Source of the DNA: a virus
Lineage: Duplodnaviria > Caudoviricetes
DNA: 56,439 bases
Reading direction: 5' to 3' (one strand)
Virus record (IMG/VR): IMGVR_UViG_3300034374_008412
Location: 1-56,439 of that record
The notes under the pieces are model-generated. The model did no database searches, had not been told where the DNA came from, and saw nothing but the letters and a program-made list of their open reading frames with translations. Position 1 is the stretch's first letter. The number at the start of each line of letters is the position of its first letter. Below, in pieces: positions 1 to 9,633 of the stretch. The translations under genes and the position numbers were made by a program.

Positions 1-97
1 AGAAGACTTCTATTTAAAATAGATATATCATACCAAAAAAGTTTTTTTAATAGCTTAAAGAGGTTTTAAATATATTTTGGAAATAAAATGAATATAT

Positions 98-128
98 TTT
101 GTTATTCTAAACAATAACATTAACTTTG
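98..128 (+). promoter_or_regulatory. Bacteroidota sigma-A type promoter with overlapping palindromic operator
   Basis: TTTG (98-101), 19-nt spacer, TAACTTTG (121-128); GTTATT-N6-AATAAC inverted repeat at 101-118. Confidence 0.8.
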
Positions 129-167
129 TGTTGCTCCTGCTGATAGGGGTGTCAAAAAGAATCGGTT

Positions 168-605
168 ATGAATATATTTGTTTTAGACTACGATATTAAG
201 AAGTGTGCTGAAATGCACAAAAACAAACATATCGTAAAAATGCCTTTAGAAACTGCTCAAATGTTGTGTAGTGTTCATCACGTTATTACTGAAAATGATA
301 ACATACCTTACAAGTTGGCACACAAAAACCATCCTTGTTCTATTTGGGCAAGAGAATGTGCTGAAAATTATTTATGGCTATGCGAATTAGGTATTGAATT
401 ATGTAAAGAATATACTAAGCGATACAAAAAGGTTCATAAATGTCAAGAAGTTATTGAATGGGCAATTATCAATATGCCTACAAACTTAATTGTAAATGGC
501 AGTATTACTCCACACGCATTAGCTATGCCCGATGAATGTAAAATTGGGGATGCAGTTAAAAGCTACAACGAATATTATCAAAAGTATAAAGTTCATATAA
601 ACTAA
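168..605 (+). CDS. Pyrimidine dimer DNA glycosylase / endonuclease V (DenV-like)
   Basis: MNIFVLD...HIVKMPLETAQMLCS...HKNHPCSIWAR motifs typical of the phage pyrimidine-dimer glycosylase family. Confidence 0.8.
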   Translation: MNIFVLDYDIKKCAEMHKNKHIVKMPLETAQMLCSVHHVITENDNIPYKLAHKNHPCSIWARECAENYLWLCELGIELCKEYTKRYKKVHKCQEVIEWAIINMPTNLIVNGSITPHALAMPDECKIGDAVKSYNEYYQKYKVHIN

Positions 606-655
606 AGTCAAATAAAATTGAACTTAACGATTTATAAGAATAAATTATTTATTGC

Positions 656-663
656 TATATTTG
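656..663 (+). promoter_or_regulatory. Bacteroidota -7 element upstream of ORF 721
   Basis: TATATTTG matches TAnnTTTG, ~57 nt before ATG. Confidence 0.5.
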
Positions 664-720
664 AGCCGAATAAATGATATAATCGGTTCACGATTAGTAA
701 AAAATTTCTGAATTTAACGA

Positions 721-1650
721 ATGGCAAAATCAAATAAAAATACTCCGAAACCCTCTGTACCAAAGAAAAGGAGAAGTAGGAAAGGTGTTGCACTAAAGAG
801 GTACAATAAGTTACTTTCTATAACTCTATCTGATTATAAGAAAAAAGGTATAGAATATGACTTAAAAGAGGTTCGTAAGGAAGTATCATCTATATATCCC
901 GACTATAAAAATATTGCTCCATCAAGGATTAGAAAAAAGGAAGTAATAAAGTCTGTAAAGGGTTTTAAGCCAAAAGAAGAAGCACCCGAAAAAGATACTT
1001 TTACAATCAAAGCGACAGAAGTTCCAAAGTATTGGTTTGATGAAGAAATTAATTGGTTTGATTTAGATAAATGGATTATCCCATTTAATGAAGCATATCC
1101 CGAAATTCCTATTGTAATTACTTCAAAGAATAATGAGTTAAGAATAAAGGGAGATATTGGTGGTTATAGTGGAAGTTTATTACAAGAGTTTGTTAATGAA
1201 GAATTAAGGGAAGAGTTTGAAAATGATAGTCCAACTATGGTAGGTGGTATTTTCTTTGGTATTCCTGCTTGGCAGGATAGACCCGATAAACAATATGCTT
1301 TTTGGGGTACAATGGATGCTCCACTACCACCAAACGTAATAACAGATTATGATGAATTAGAACCAAGAGTAGAAAAAGAAATCGAAAAGAGAGAGGAAGA
1401 AGTTAAAAAGAAGCAGGAAGAAAGAAAAAAGCAGGAGAAAAAGAAACTACCAAAAGACAAAAAGAAAAAGGTTGTTCCACCAAAAGAAGTTCCTGCTGAA
1501 CCTAAAAGACAACCAACTCCACTTGCAGATAAAAATAGAGCAAAAGAAATTTTATTAGAAGAATTTAAACTCGGTATTTGGACTAAAGATGAATATAGAG
1601 AAAAGGCTAATAAAATTGATAATATGTACTCAAAAGGTGGGAAATTATGA
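721..1650 (+). CDS. Hypothetical protein, Lys/Arg-rich N-terminus, ends in MYSKGGKL motif
   Basis: 309-aa ORF with very basic N-terminus; C-terminal copy of the [FY]xKGG motif. Confidence 0.75.
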   Translation: MAKSNKNTPKPSVPKKRRSRKGVALKRYNKLLSITLSDYKKKGIEYDLKEVRKEVSSIYPDYKNIAPSRIRKKEVIKSVKGFKPKEEAPEKDTFTIKATEVPKYWFDEEINWFDLDKWIIPFNEAYPEIPIVITSKNNELRIKGDIGGYSGSLLQEFVNEELREEFENDSPTMVGGIFFGIPAWQDRPDKQYAFWGTMDAPLPPNVITDYDELEPRVEKEIEKREEEVKKKQEERKKQEKKKLPKDKKKKVVPPKEVPAEPKRQPTPLADKNRAKEILLEEFKLGIWTKDEYREKANKIDNMYSKGGKL

Positions 1651-1958
1651 TGGACAAGGTAAGCAACGTACAACAATTAGCGATATTTAAAATAGACAAA
1701 GCACATAGTACAGATGTTGAAGATACTATGTTGTTTTGTGGATATGCTGATAGCCAAGAAGAAGCATTGTCTTATATGGAGCAAGTTCAAAAAGAAATAG
1801 ATTATAATTTACAAGAAGATTTACAAGGAGAATATATTGTTATTCCTGCATTGTATTTTAATCTAAAGAAATCAGTAGATAGAAAAACAAAAGAAGAATC
1901 ATTAAAAAATAAATCAGATGAAAACGGAAGTACGAAAAGATTTAAAGAAGCACGTTGA
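1647..1958 (+). CDS. Hypothetical protein
   Basis: ATGA overlap with upstream ORF. Confidence 0.7.
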   Translation: MMDKVSNVQQLAIFKIDKAHSTDVEDTMLFCGYADSQEEALSYMEQVQKEIDYNLQEDLQGEYIVIPALYFNLKKSVDRKTKEESLKNKSDENGSTKRFKEAR

Positions 1959-2604
1959 TTTTGCTATTAAGTTCAAAAAAGATTTCAAAGTAAGAAGGTC
2001 GCCAAACTTTTCTGAAATGATTATGACTAATGGTAAGCAAAGACTTTTATTCAATGAAAATTCTACATTTACAAGTGGTCTTTTCTTATTCAGAATGGTG
2101 CAAAGAGATATTAAAGAATATATCGAAAGTAATGGAGCAGTAACTCCTATTGATGAAGCACCCGTAAATTGTATTAATAAAGATTATAATAAGAAGAATA
2201 AAACAATAGGTGTTGATTTAAACCACGCATATTGGAGAGTAGCTTATTTAAAAGATTACATAAGAGAAGAAACCTATTTGAAAGGTTTGGAATCAGATAA
2301 GTACAAACCTATCAGACTTTCTGCATTAAGTAATTTAGGTAGAAGTAAAGTTTATGATGTATATGAAAATGGAGAGTATTCGCATAAAGAAAAAACAGAA
2401 TATAATCAAGAGTATTTAGATTTATACAATGACATACGATATACAACATTCAACATAATGAAGGAACTATCTGAACAATTAGGTAAAGACTTCCATTCTT
2501 GGAGAACAGATTGTATATACTTTAAGGACACAAAAAAGAATATGAAATATGTTACTGAAACCCTTGATAGTTACGACCTTTTATGGAAAGTTGAGAAAGT
2601 TTAA
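1918..2604 (+). CDS. Minimal family-B DNA polymerase-like palm-domain protein
   Basis: IGVDLNHAYW (motif A-like), RLSALSNLG (motif B-like), WRTDCIYF (motif C-like); 228 aa, no exonuclease domain. Confidence 0.55.
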   Translation: MKTEVRKDLKKHVDFAIKFKKDFKVRRSPNFSEMIMTNGKQRLLFNENSTFTSGLFLFRMVQRDIKEYIESNGAVTPIDEAPVNCINKDYNKKNKTIGVDLNHAYWRVAYLKDYIREETYLKGLESDKYKPIRLSALSNLGRSKVYDVYENGEYSHKEKTEYNQEYLDLYNDIRYTTFNIMKELSEQLGKDFHSWRTDCIYFKDTKKNMKYVTETLDSYDLLWKVEKV

Positions 2605-2619
2605 AAATTGAAGTTAATT

Positions 2620-2733
2620 ATGATTAAGAAGTTTATAAAAATATTATCTAATAGAATATCATTTACATTTATATTGTGCGTTTTATCACTATTATTTTGG
2701 GTTTTTATTTATTGTATTTTAAATAGTTTATAA
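2620..2733 (+). CDS. Small membrane protein (37 aa, not in ORF track)
   Basis: MIKKFIKILSNRISFTFILCVLSLLFWVFIYCILNSL; TAATG overlap with next ORF. Confidence 0.5.
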   Translation: MIKKFIKILSNRISFTFILCVLSLLFWVFIYCILNSL

Positions 2734-3032
2734 TGGGAGCAGGAGAAGATGATTTACAAATGTGGCAAAAGTTAGTTATAGGAGAAATAAGTCAAGAGCA
2801 ATTTAATCAATGGTTAAAGGATTGCGACCAACCATTTACAGAACTACATAAATCAATTAATAATTATGGATTAGAAAAAACTTTAAAGTTAAAGTATAAA
2901 TTGATTTCAGATGTAGAAGATTCTGAATTTAATAAGCTACTAAAATACTATAAACAACATTACAAATTACTTATAAACTATATAGAAAATAATGCTCATA
3001 AAGAAATAATAAAATCAAATGAAAATAATTGA
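2733..3032 (+). CDS. Hypothetical protein
   Basis: ORF packed in operon. Confidence 0.65.
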   Translation: MGAGEDDLQMWQKLVIGEISQEQFNQWLKDCDQPFTELHKSINNYGLEKTLKLKYKLISDVEDSEFNKLLKYYKQHYKLLINYIENNAHKEIIKSNENN

Positions 3033-3513
3033 AGTTATTATAAGTAAAAAACAACTTGAAAGAGCAGAAAAACTATATCCATTCAAAGGTTTAAAGGGTT
3101 CTATTACAAAAGGTAAGAGCAACATTTATGGAGCATTAGGAGAAATAATTGTTCACGATTATTTTAAGCTAAAAGGATATGTAGTTGATTTCAATTCTAC
3201 CTATGATTACGACTTAATAATTAATGGGTTCAAAGTAGATGTAAAAACCAAAAGGGGTAAAACAATTCCCGAACCTCATCATTGGGCAAGTATTCCTTCA
3301 TACAATACTAAACAAAATTGCCATATCTATATGTTCGCAAAGATATTAGAAGATTACTCTAAAGGTTATCTATTAGGATATAAGGTTAAATCTGATTTCT
3401 TTGAACAAGCTACATTTAATAAGAAAGGAGAAGAAGATTGGAACGGATGGAAGTTTAAAGATGATTGTTATAATTTAAGTTTTGAAAATCTTAATAGTTT
3501 TAATACAATATAA
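3019..3513 (+). CDS. Putative PD-(D/E)XK restriction-endonuclease-like nuclease
   Basis: GALGEIIV...YDYDLIINGFKVDVKTK catalytic-type pattern (E...D...DVK). Confidence 0.6.
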   Translation: MKIIEVIISKKQLERAEKLYPFKGLKGSITKGKSNIYGALGEIIVHDYFKLKGYVVDFNSTYDYDLIINGFKVDVKTKRGKTIPEPHHWASIPSYNTKQNCHIYMFAKILEDYSKGYLLGYKVKSDFFEQATFNKKGEEDWNGWKFKDDCYNLSFENLNSFNTI

Positions 3514-3540
3514 AAAAAGCAGGATTAATTTTCCTGCTTC
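3513..3540. terminator. Terminator hairpin between convergent genes
   Basis: AAGCAGGA-ttaattt-TCCTGCTT preceded by an A-run. Confidence 0.6.
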
Positions 3541-4223
3541 TCTTTTTTCAATTTCTTTTCATTAAAGTATATATCTTTGATTTCCTTTTGTTTGATAAGT
3601 TCATCAACAATGTATCTACTAAACAAGTTATCACTTTCATAGTGAACTCCTAAAATTTCTCTACTATCAGCTATCATTTTAGCAAGTTGCATAATATCTT
3701 CTCTTTTTTCGGGATTATGAAAAGCAATTACTTCACATATAAAATATGCTTGTATAGTGTGTCCACTTGGATAAGAAGGACTTATTGCAGAACTACTATA
3801 AAGTGGATTAAAGTCTTGATTTGTATAGTAAGCAAATTGATAAGGTCTTGGTCTGTTATAATGTTTCTTTAGTATAAGAATTAAACCACCAATTTTCTCT
3901 TGTAACTTTTCAACGTATGCTCTTTTAAAATCAATATCAATAGCTTTACAATATTGCTCCATTACACTAATAGGGTCTTCATCACAACCTTGTATAAATT
4001 CTTTTATATCCTGCCAAGCAACACTATTCATATTTTCTTTTTGAATAGATATTAAAGATTCTATCTCTTTAGTTGTTGATTCGGGAAGTGGATATGGTTC
4101 ATCCATAAATATTTCAGCATACTTTGAAAATACTTTATCAGAATTATCTATTTGGTCTTGATGCTCTTTTAATATTTTACCATATTTGAGTTCTAATAAA
4201 TAATTTAATTCGTTCAATTTCAT
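3525..4223 (-). CDS. PAP2 family phosphatase / vanadium haloperoxidase-like
   Basis: KKHYNRPRP, PSYPSGH and SREILGVHYESD: all three PAP2 motifs. Confidence 0.85.
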   Translation of the reverse strand: MKLNELNYLLELKYGKILKEHQDQIDNSDKVFSKYAEIFMDEPYPLPESTTKEIESLISIQKENMNSVAWQDIKEFIQGCDEDPISVMEQYCKAIDIDFKRAYVEKLQEKIGGLILILKKHYNRPRPYQFAYYTNQDFNPLYSSSAISPSYPSGHTIQAYFICEVIAFHNPEKREDIMQLAKMIADSREILGVHYESDNLFSRYIVDELIKQKEIKDIYFNEKKLKKEKQEN

Positions 4224-4282
4224 TCTAATACATTTTAATTATCATATTCCGTAAAGGTAATTAATTTTATTATCTTTGACAT

Positions 4283-4366
4283 CAGTTCTATTACATTCGT
4301 TATCATTTATTCATATCACATAGAACTAATAGAAGGGATAGTTTTACTACTCCCTTCTTTTTTTTG
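4283..4366 (+). ncRNA. Candidate small RNA (promoter + stem + intrinsic terminator, no ORF)
   Basis: TATCTTTG at 4271-4278; AGTTCTAT/ATAGAACT stem; GAAGGGA...TCCCTTC hairpin followed by T-run. Confidence 0.35.
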
Positions 4367-4480
4367 TTTATATTCGTAATCTGATTCTTTTTGATTTAGG
4401 GGAGTTTGGTGTTTTATTTGATTTAGCCATCTCCCCTTTTCTTTTATTCTTAAAATTATTTTAAAAATATTTAATAAATA

Positions 4481-4511
4481 TTTGTTATTCTAAAAAATAA
4501 CACTAACTTTG
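4481..4511 (+). promoter_or_regulatory. Bacteroidota promoter with palindromic operator
   Basis: TTTG 4481-4484, 19-nt spacer, TAACTTTG 4504-4511; GTTATT-N6-AATAAC 4484-4501. Confidence 0.8.
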
Positions 4512-4606
4512 TTATGTAGTTGAGAGAGGGGGTTAAAAAGCCTTCCTATTGCGATTGTTCTTTGAAATCTTGGGAATCAGTTTTTAAATCAAATAAATTT
4601 ATAAAT

Positions 4607-5032
4607 ATGGAATCACGAAAAATAGAAATCAAACTTCATAGATGGTTTGATGAAGAAAGTTTAAGCAAAGAAGCACAAAACCTTTTATACAGAAAAGGAG
4701 ATTATTTTTATGCTAAACTTCCTGCAAAAGTTGATTGGTGTCATACTTGCAACGGAAGTGGCAAAAGAAGTAAGTACGATGTTGAAGGTTACGACATTAA
4801 CGAAATGATGTATGAAGATGGAGTTTTAGACCACGAGTTTGCAGAAGATTACTTTGGTGGTCGTACTGATGTTCCTTGCGATAAATGTGAAGGAACTAAA
4901 ATTCAGAATATTTTAGATTACGATTGTTGCAATCAAGTTGAGCAGGAGATAGTAAAACAAAATCAAAAAGCATACAGAGAAGAAGCTAACGACAGAGCAT
5001 ATTCAGATATGGAACGAAGAATGGGTGCTTAA
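4607..5032 (+). CDS. Hypothetical protein with DnaJ-type zinc finger
   Basis: CHTCNGSG and CDKCEGT; ATG at 4607 preferred over TTG 4520, which lies at the likely transcription start. Confidence 0.7.
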   Translation: MESRKIEIKLHRWFDEESLSKEAQNLLYRKGDYFYAKLPAKVDWCHTCNGSGKRSKYDVEGYDINEMMYEDGVLDHEFAEDYFGGRTDVPCDKCEGTKIQNILDYDCCNQVEQEIVKQNQKAYREEANDRAYSDMERRMGA

Positions 5033-5074
5033 CCCGTTCTTCTTTAATTAAATCAAAAATAAAAAGAATCAGTT

Positions 5075-5833
5075 ATGGAAAATTTAGTTTACGAAGCATC
5101 AATGATAGATGCAAACAAAAATGAAATCGGAAAAAATGAATTACACGATTTATTGTTTTATCCGAAAGCAAAAAATTTGGTCGGTTATATAGCCGAAGGA
5201 ATCAAAAGAAAAGACCCTTCTTTTCAATTCTTTAGTAAAAGAGAAAGTTGGTCGGTTTTGAACCATATAGTTCAAACACAATTCAATCAAAGTTTTGGAA
5301 GGATAGACCTTGCATCCGTTTTAAAAGGTATTGAGGAAGTAGGTCAGACTTATGAATACTTAGACTTTCTAAAAAGAGCCGAATTTGAAGGTTTGGAAGT
5401 ATTGGAAGAAGCAGAAGATAATATTATCGGATATGTAGAACTAACAGAAGATTTTGTAGATGGAGATAAAGACCCATACGAAACAGCAGGGGGTTATAGA
5501 AGTTGGAAAGCCTTGAAAGGAAGTGTTGGTTCTATTCACTTAAATAAAAATTTGAGTGCTTACATAGAGTTTGAAAGTAATTGTATGATAGACCACTACA
5601 ATAACAACTTTGCAGGAGTTTCTACGGGTGGTGGAACTACTAAATATAAAATAGGGGAAAGAGTTGAGAAAAGATTTCTTAAAGTTGATACTAAAGGGGT
5701 GTTTTGGGAAAATTGGACTAAAATGCCTATCGAAACAAAAGCTATTTCTGTTTGCAAGAATAACTTAGACAGATTACTTAAAGAATACCAACCCGAATTA
5801 TACGAAGTGGTTAAAAAGAAGGGGACTTATTAA
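5075..5833 (+). CDS. Hypothetical protein
   Basis: 252-aa ORF, AATCAGTTATG start context. Confidence 0.75.
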   Translation: MENLVYEASMIDANKNEIGKNELHDLLFYPKAKNLVGYIAEGIKRKDPSFQFFSKRESWSVLNHIVQTQFNQSFGRIDLASVLKGIEEVGQTYEYLDFLKRAEFEGLEVLEEAEDNIIGYVELTEDFVDGDKDPYETAGGYRSWKALKGSVGSIHLNKNLSAYIEFESNCMIDHYNNNFAGVSTGGGTTKYKIGERVEKRFLKVDTKGVFWENWTKMPIETKAISVCKNNLDRLLKEYQPELYEVVKKKGTY

Positions 5834-5876
5834 GTCCTCTTTTTCTATAAATTAGTAACAATAAAAATCAAATAAA

Positions 5877-6155
5877 ATGAAAAAATCAATTTTTAAGTTT
5901 AAGAGAGTGTTGTCAATGATAACATTATTAGTAAAGTACGATTTGTTAAGACAAACATTGTACTATGAATATTTCTCCCGTGATTGTGATATGTACCAAA
6001 CGGGTGGAGTAAAAAGAGTAAAAGGTTTTATAAACTACCTTATCGAAAGAAAAAAGTTTAGACAAACATACGGGTTCTCTTATATGAACATTATAGATAA
6101 ATCAGAGTTCTATGAACGAAGAAATTTAATTTTATTAACTTCAAAATCTTTTTAA
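5877..6155 (+). CDS. Hypothetical protein
   Basis: ORF packed in operon. Confidence 0.6.
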   Translation: MKKSIFKFKRVLSMITLLVKYDLLRQTLYYEYFSRDCDMYQTGGVKRVKGFINYLIERKKFRQTYGFSYMNIIDKSEFYERRNLILLTSKSF

Positions 6156-6159
6156 AAAA

Positions 6160-6942
6160 ATGGAAAATATATTACTTATTTTAGTCGGTGTTATAATAAC
6201 AATTTTAGTATTTTCTTTTGTTATTAATAACCTTATTACTCGTAACATTCAATCAATAACCGAAGACTTATTTCATAAGGTAAATAAGATGCAGGACAAA
6301 CAGAAAGTAATTGAAACATCTGTTAATTCATTAGGAGAATTATTTATCCTTACAGAGAAACAAAAGGATGAAATTTTAAAATCTAATAATTCTAATTTTG
6401 AAAGACATCAAATTAGTTTAGATGTTATTTTGACAAACCTTGATGCACATATTAGAAGCAGTAAAATACTATTAGTTGATAATTATGATTTTAAAGAAAA
6501 CATTAAACCTATTTTTTCAAATTTAGTTCAGATTAAAAATATGATTGAGAATATTCAACCATCTTATGTAAAGAACTTACCTACAATTATGGATGATATA
6601 GGCAAACAAGTTGATTCTTTGGATGAAACATTATCTATTAGAAAGAAGCCAAGTAAGAAAGTTAATAGACCTAATATATCTCCAAAGGCAGATAAGTTAT
6701 TAAATATGACACTACAAGCATTTATTCATAGTGGAGAAGTGCATCAGTTTTTATCTTTAGACAAGCATAATATAAATGTTATAAATAGGTTTTTAAATCT
6801 AATTTATACTTATTCAAAGGATATTAAAGATGAAAAGATTATCAATATGAGTGGTAAAAAACTTACAGAGATAAAAGGAGCAGGAAAGGTAATGTCCGAT
6901 ATATTTGAAGAAATGAAAAAAGAAATTATAAACTTAAAATAG
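6160..6942 (+). CDS. Membrane-anchored coiled-coil protein with C-terminal HhH-like motif
   Basis: N-terminal hydrophobic helix; C-terminal LTEIKGAGKV resembles helix-hairpin-helix. Confidence 0.65.
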   Translation: MENILLILVGVIITILVFSFVINNLITRNIQSITEDLFHKVNKMQDKQKVIETSVNSLGELFILTEKQKDEILKSNNSNFERHQISLDVILTNLDAHIRSSKILLVDNYDFKENIKPIFSNLVQIKNMIENIQPSYVKNLPTIMDDIGKQVDSLDETLSIRKKPSKKVNRPNISPKADKLLNMTLQAFIHSGEVHQFLSLDKHNINVINRFLNLIYTYSKDIKDEKIINMSGKKLTEIKGAGKVMSDIFEEMKKEIINLK

Positions 6943-6943
6943 T

Positions 6944-7171
6944 ATGCCTAAAAGTACATTATTGTTATTCACTTTAGAAAATAACAAAAGAATACACCAA
7001 GTTGTATTAGGTTATTATGGATTGGGGTTCTTTATTTTGAAGAACCCTATCTTGGGAATAGAGCAGTTTAAATGGAGTTTATCAATAATTTTTATAGGGT
7101 TCAAATACAACTATGGTAAAAAAAGAAAAACTAACTATGGAACTAACGAAAGAAAATATTGGCAGGGTTGA
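6944..7171 (+). CDS. Hypothetical protein
   Basis: ORF fills the gap in the operon. Confidence 0.5.
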   Translation: MPKSTLLLFTLENNKRIHQVVLGYYGLGFFILKNPILGIEQFKWSLSIIFIGFKYNYGKKRKTNYGTNERKYWQG

Positions 7172-7391
7172 GAGGTATTTTAAAAAGTACCCTGCTCCAA
7201 ATGTACCAATGAAGATTAATGTTTGCACAATAGTAAACGACCCACCTAAAATGATAACAACCCATTTAGCAACTTGTAAAACATATTTAGGGGATAGTAA
7301 AAGTAGATATAGAGCATTGCCTTATTGGGATAGGTTAATTTTAGTAGGTAAGCTAACAAAAAAATATTACGATAAATTAAATAATAAATAA
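7113..7391 (+). CDS. Hypothetical protein
   Basis: ORF packed in operon. Confidence 0.65.
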   Translation: MVKKEKLTMELTKENIGRVERYFKKYPAPNVPMKINVCTIVNDPPKMITTHLATCKTYLGDSKSRYRALPYWDRLILVGKLTKKYYDKLNNK

Positions 7392-7392
7392 A

Positions 7393-7584
7393 ATGGATGT
7401 AGAAACTAAAAATGAAAAGTTTGAAAGGATTGCTCCAAAAAGAGTTGAAAATTTCAAATTGTCAGCAGAAAGGTTAAGCAAAATATCTAATAAAGTTTAT
7501 TTTGAATATACCGATGAACAAAAAGCAGAGATACTTAAAGAAGTAGAGGAAGTTTATAAATTTTTAAAATCAAAATTCAATTAA
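7393..7584 (+). CDS. Small helical hypothetical protein
   Basis: ETKNEKFERIAPKRV...YFEYTDEQ; packed in operon. Confidence 0.65.
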   Translation: MDVETKNEKFERIAPKRVENFKLSAERLSKISNKVYFEYTDEQKAEILKEVEEVYKFLKSKFN

Positions 7585-7585
7585 A

Positions 7586-7810
7586 ATGGCAAAATTAAAA
7601 ACGAACAAAACCAAATTAGTAAAACAACATTTATTAGAAGTCGGTCATATTACTTCTTGGATAGCAATAGAAAAATATGGAGCAACAAGATTAAGTGCTA
7701 TCATATTTAATTTAAGGGATGCAGGAATGGATATTAAGACCGAAAATATAGAATGGACTGATAGATATGGCAACGAAACAAGCTATGCTAAATATGTTCT
7801 TAACAGATAA
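7586..7810 (+). CDS. Winged helix-turn-helix protein
   Basis: ITSWIAIEKYGATRLSAIIFNLRDAGMDIKT pattern of small phage wHTH proteins. Confidence 0.75.
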   Translation: MAKLKTNKTKLVKQHLLEVGHITSWIAIEKYGATRLSAIIFNLRDAGMDIKTENIEWTDRYGNETSYAKYVLNR

Positions 7811-7852
7811 ATAATTATATTTAACAAATATTTACAATAAAATTTTAGAAAG

Positions 7853-8155
7853 ATGGGAGTTAAAAAAGAAACTACGACAAAGAAAGCTACAACTAAAGCT
7901 ACAACAAAGGCTACAACTAAATCAAGTGAGCCTAAAATCGAAATGATTAAGATTGATGTTAAGGGAGCAAAAAAAGGTAAGATTATTTCAAGAGTAGAGG
8001 TTACTCAAAGTGAAATTGATAAAAAACCACAAACGTACTTCCCTAATATTCAAGAAGCACAATCAGAAGCAAAGCACCAACTTAATGAATTAAAAGATAA
8101 GTTAGATGCAGAAGTTTTTGATGATATTAAGTGGGAAATTGAATTGTTTAGCTAA
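7853..8155 (+). CDS. Hypothetical protein with K/T/A-rich N-terminus
   Basis: KATT repeats. Confidence 0.7.
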   Translation: MGVKKETTTKKATTKATTKATTKSSEPKIEMIKIDVKGAKKGKIISRVEVTQSEIDKKPQTYFPNIQEAQSEAKHQLNELKDKLDAEVFDDIKWEIELFS

Positions 8156-8436
8156 TGGAAAAGTTCGCTTGTATATTAGTTAATTCAGATGAATCTTTTG
8201 GAGATTTAATGAAGGAGAATGAAAAGTTTGGTATTGAGAGAGGTTTAAAGGCTTCTCTTGATACTGAAATGTTTAATAAACTTTCTTCTATGTTCAATCA
8301 ATTATCTACTAAAGGTTATCACGTTACGGGGTTTATTTTAGACAAAGACAATGGTATAGAGTTTTTATTTCAAAGAGATAAGAACCAAACAACCAAATTA
8401 AAGGAACAAGAAATTAAAAATAAGTATGTCTTATAA
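8155..8436 (+). CDS. Hypothetical protein
   Basis: TAATG overlap. Confidence 0.7.
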   Translation: MEKFACILVNSDESFGDLMKENEKFGIERGLKASLDTEMFNKLSSMFNQLSTKGYHVTGFILDKDNGIEFLFQRDKNQTTKLKEQEIKNKYVL

Positions 8437-8788
8437 GGATAGTAAAGAGCATCAAAAGGAATTGGTTAATAAAATTTTAAGTCAGCCAAGAAAAATGTTA
8501 GAATGGCAATTTTCAGATGATAAGTCAGAAGTTGAGTTATTGTATTGGCACGAAGACCAACCCGAAATTACAGACCACTTTATTAGTGCAGAAGTTGATT
8601 TGTTCAATAAAGAAGTATCATACGTTCATTCTGTATATTATGATGATGGTTACCAACAAGACATCAGAGATAAAGAGATAAACATTTTAGATGAAGATGC
8701 AGACTTTGATATAGATGATGTTATTGATTGTTTTTTAGAAGTTTGGCATAAAGACATTAATAAAATTCACATAGGAAAAATAGAGTAA
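8426..8788 (+). CDS. Acidic hypothetical protein
   Basis: Overlapping operon ORF, D/E rich. Confidence 0.7.
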   Translation: MSYKDSKEHQKELVNKILSQPRKMLEWQFSDDKSEVELLYWHEDQPEITDHFISAEVDLFNKEVSYVHSVYYDDGYQQDIRDKEINILDEDADFDIDDVIDCFLEVWHKDINKIHIGKIE

Positions 8789-9193
8789 ATGGAAATAATT
8801 TTTTATATAAGTATTGCTTTACTATTAATATTAAGCATAAAGAATAGAATAGATTTAATTCGTTATCGTAAATCAGTTAGAAGAGCAAGGTTCGATTACG
8901 AGAAAAAGGTTTCAATGTGGGAAGACCTTAAGTTTAAATCACAATTTTGGGAGCAGGATAAAAGCTATATTCTTAAAACTATTAATGCGATAGCAAAGAA
9001 TGTAATAAGAATTGATGAAGAACTTTATGATAGTTCTAAAAAAAGCAATTTAAAAAGTAAGGTTGTTAATAATGAAATAATGAGTAAAAATAAAATGACA
9101 AACCTTGAATTGTTATCTATGAAAGAAGATGAGGAAAAGTACAGAAAAGAAAGAAAAAACGCAGTTGCAAGGATTAAAAGAAGAATTGATTAA
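8789..9193 (+). CDS. Hypothetical protein with N-terminal TM helix
   Basis: MEIIFYISIALLLILSI. Confidence 0.65.
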   Translation: MEIIFYISIALLLILSIKNRIDLIRYRKSVRRARFDYEKKVSMWEDLKFKSQFWEQDKSYILKTINAIAKNVIRIDEELYDSSKKSNLKSKVVNNEIMSKNKMTNLELLSMKEDEEKYRKERKNAVARIKRRID

Positions 9194-9194
9194 A

Positions 9195-9599
9195 ATGCTT
9201 GAAGTTCAACAAGAATATGAAGAGGAATCAATAAAGTTTGTAATAAGTCAAGTTAAAATTATTGCTCACAATCTTCTGTTTCGTATTTACTCCAATGCAG
9301 TCCTAATTAATTTGATAAGACCACCCGAACCAAAAAATAGTATTTCTGAACTAATAAAGAAAGTTTGCTTTACAACTCAATCTAATATGGTTCAAATATT
9401 TATGAGTGATTACAATTTAGCAAATATTCTCGCAGTCAATTTTGAGGAAATTTTAAAAGAATCAGATACAAAAGATAAAAGCTACGAAGTAGTAGTTTCA
9501 GAGGAAGTAGAAGGAGCAGTTATTGATATTGTTCTAAATAAAAGCAGAATAGAAAGTTTCGTAGATTACTCTAAAGACAAAGAAGTTTATTCTGTTTAA
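9195..9599 (+). CDS. Hypothetical protein
   Basis: ATG 9195 directly follows the upstream stop (track start 9129). Confidence 0.6.
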   Translation: MLEVQQEYEEESIKFVISQVKIIAHNLLFRIYSNAVLINLIRPPEPKNSISELIKKVCFTTQSNMVQIFMSDYNLANILAVNFEEILKESDTKDKSYEVVVSEEVEGAVIDIVLNKSRIESFVDYSKDKEVYSV

Positions 9600-9633
9600 A
9601 AATTATCTTCTAAAAAAACATAAATTAGTTTAA

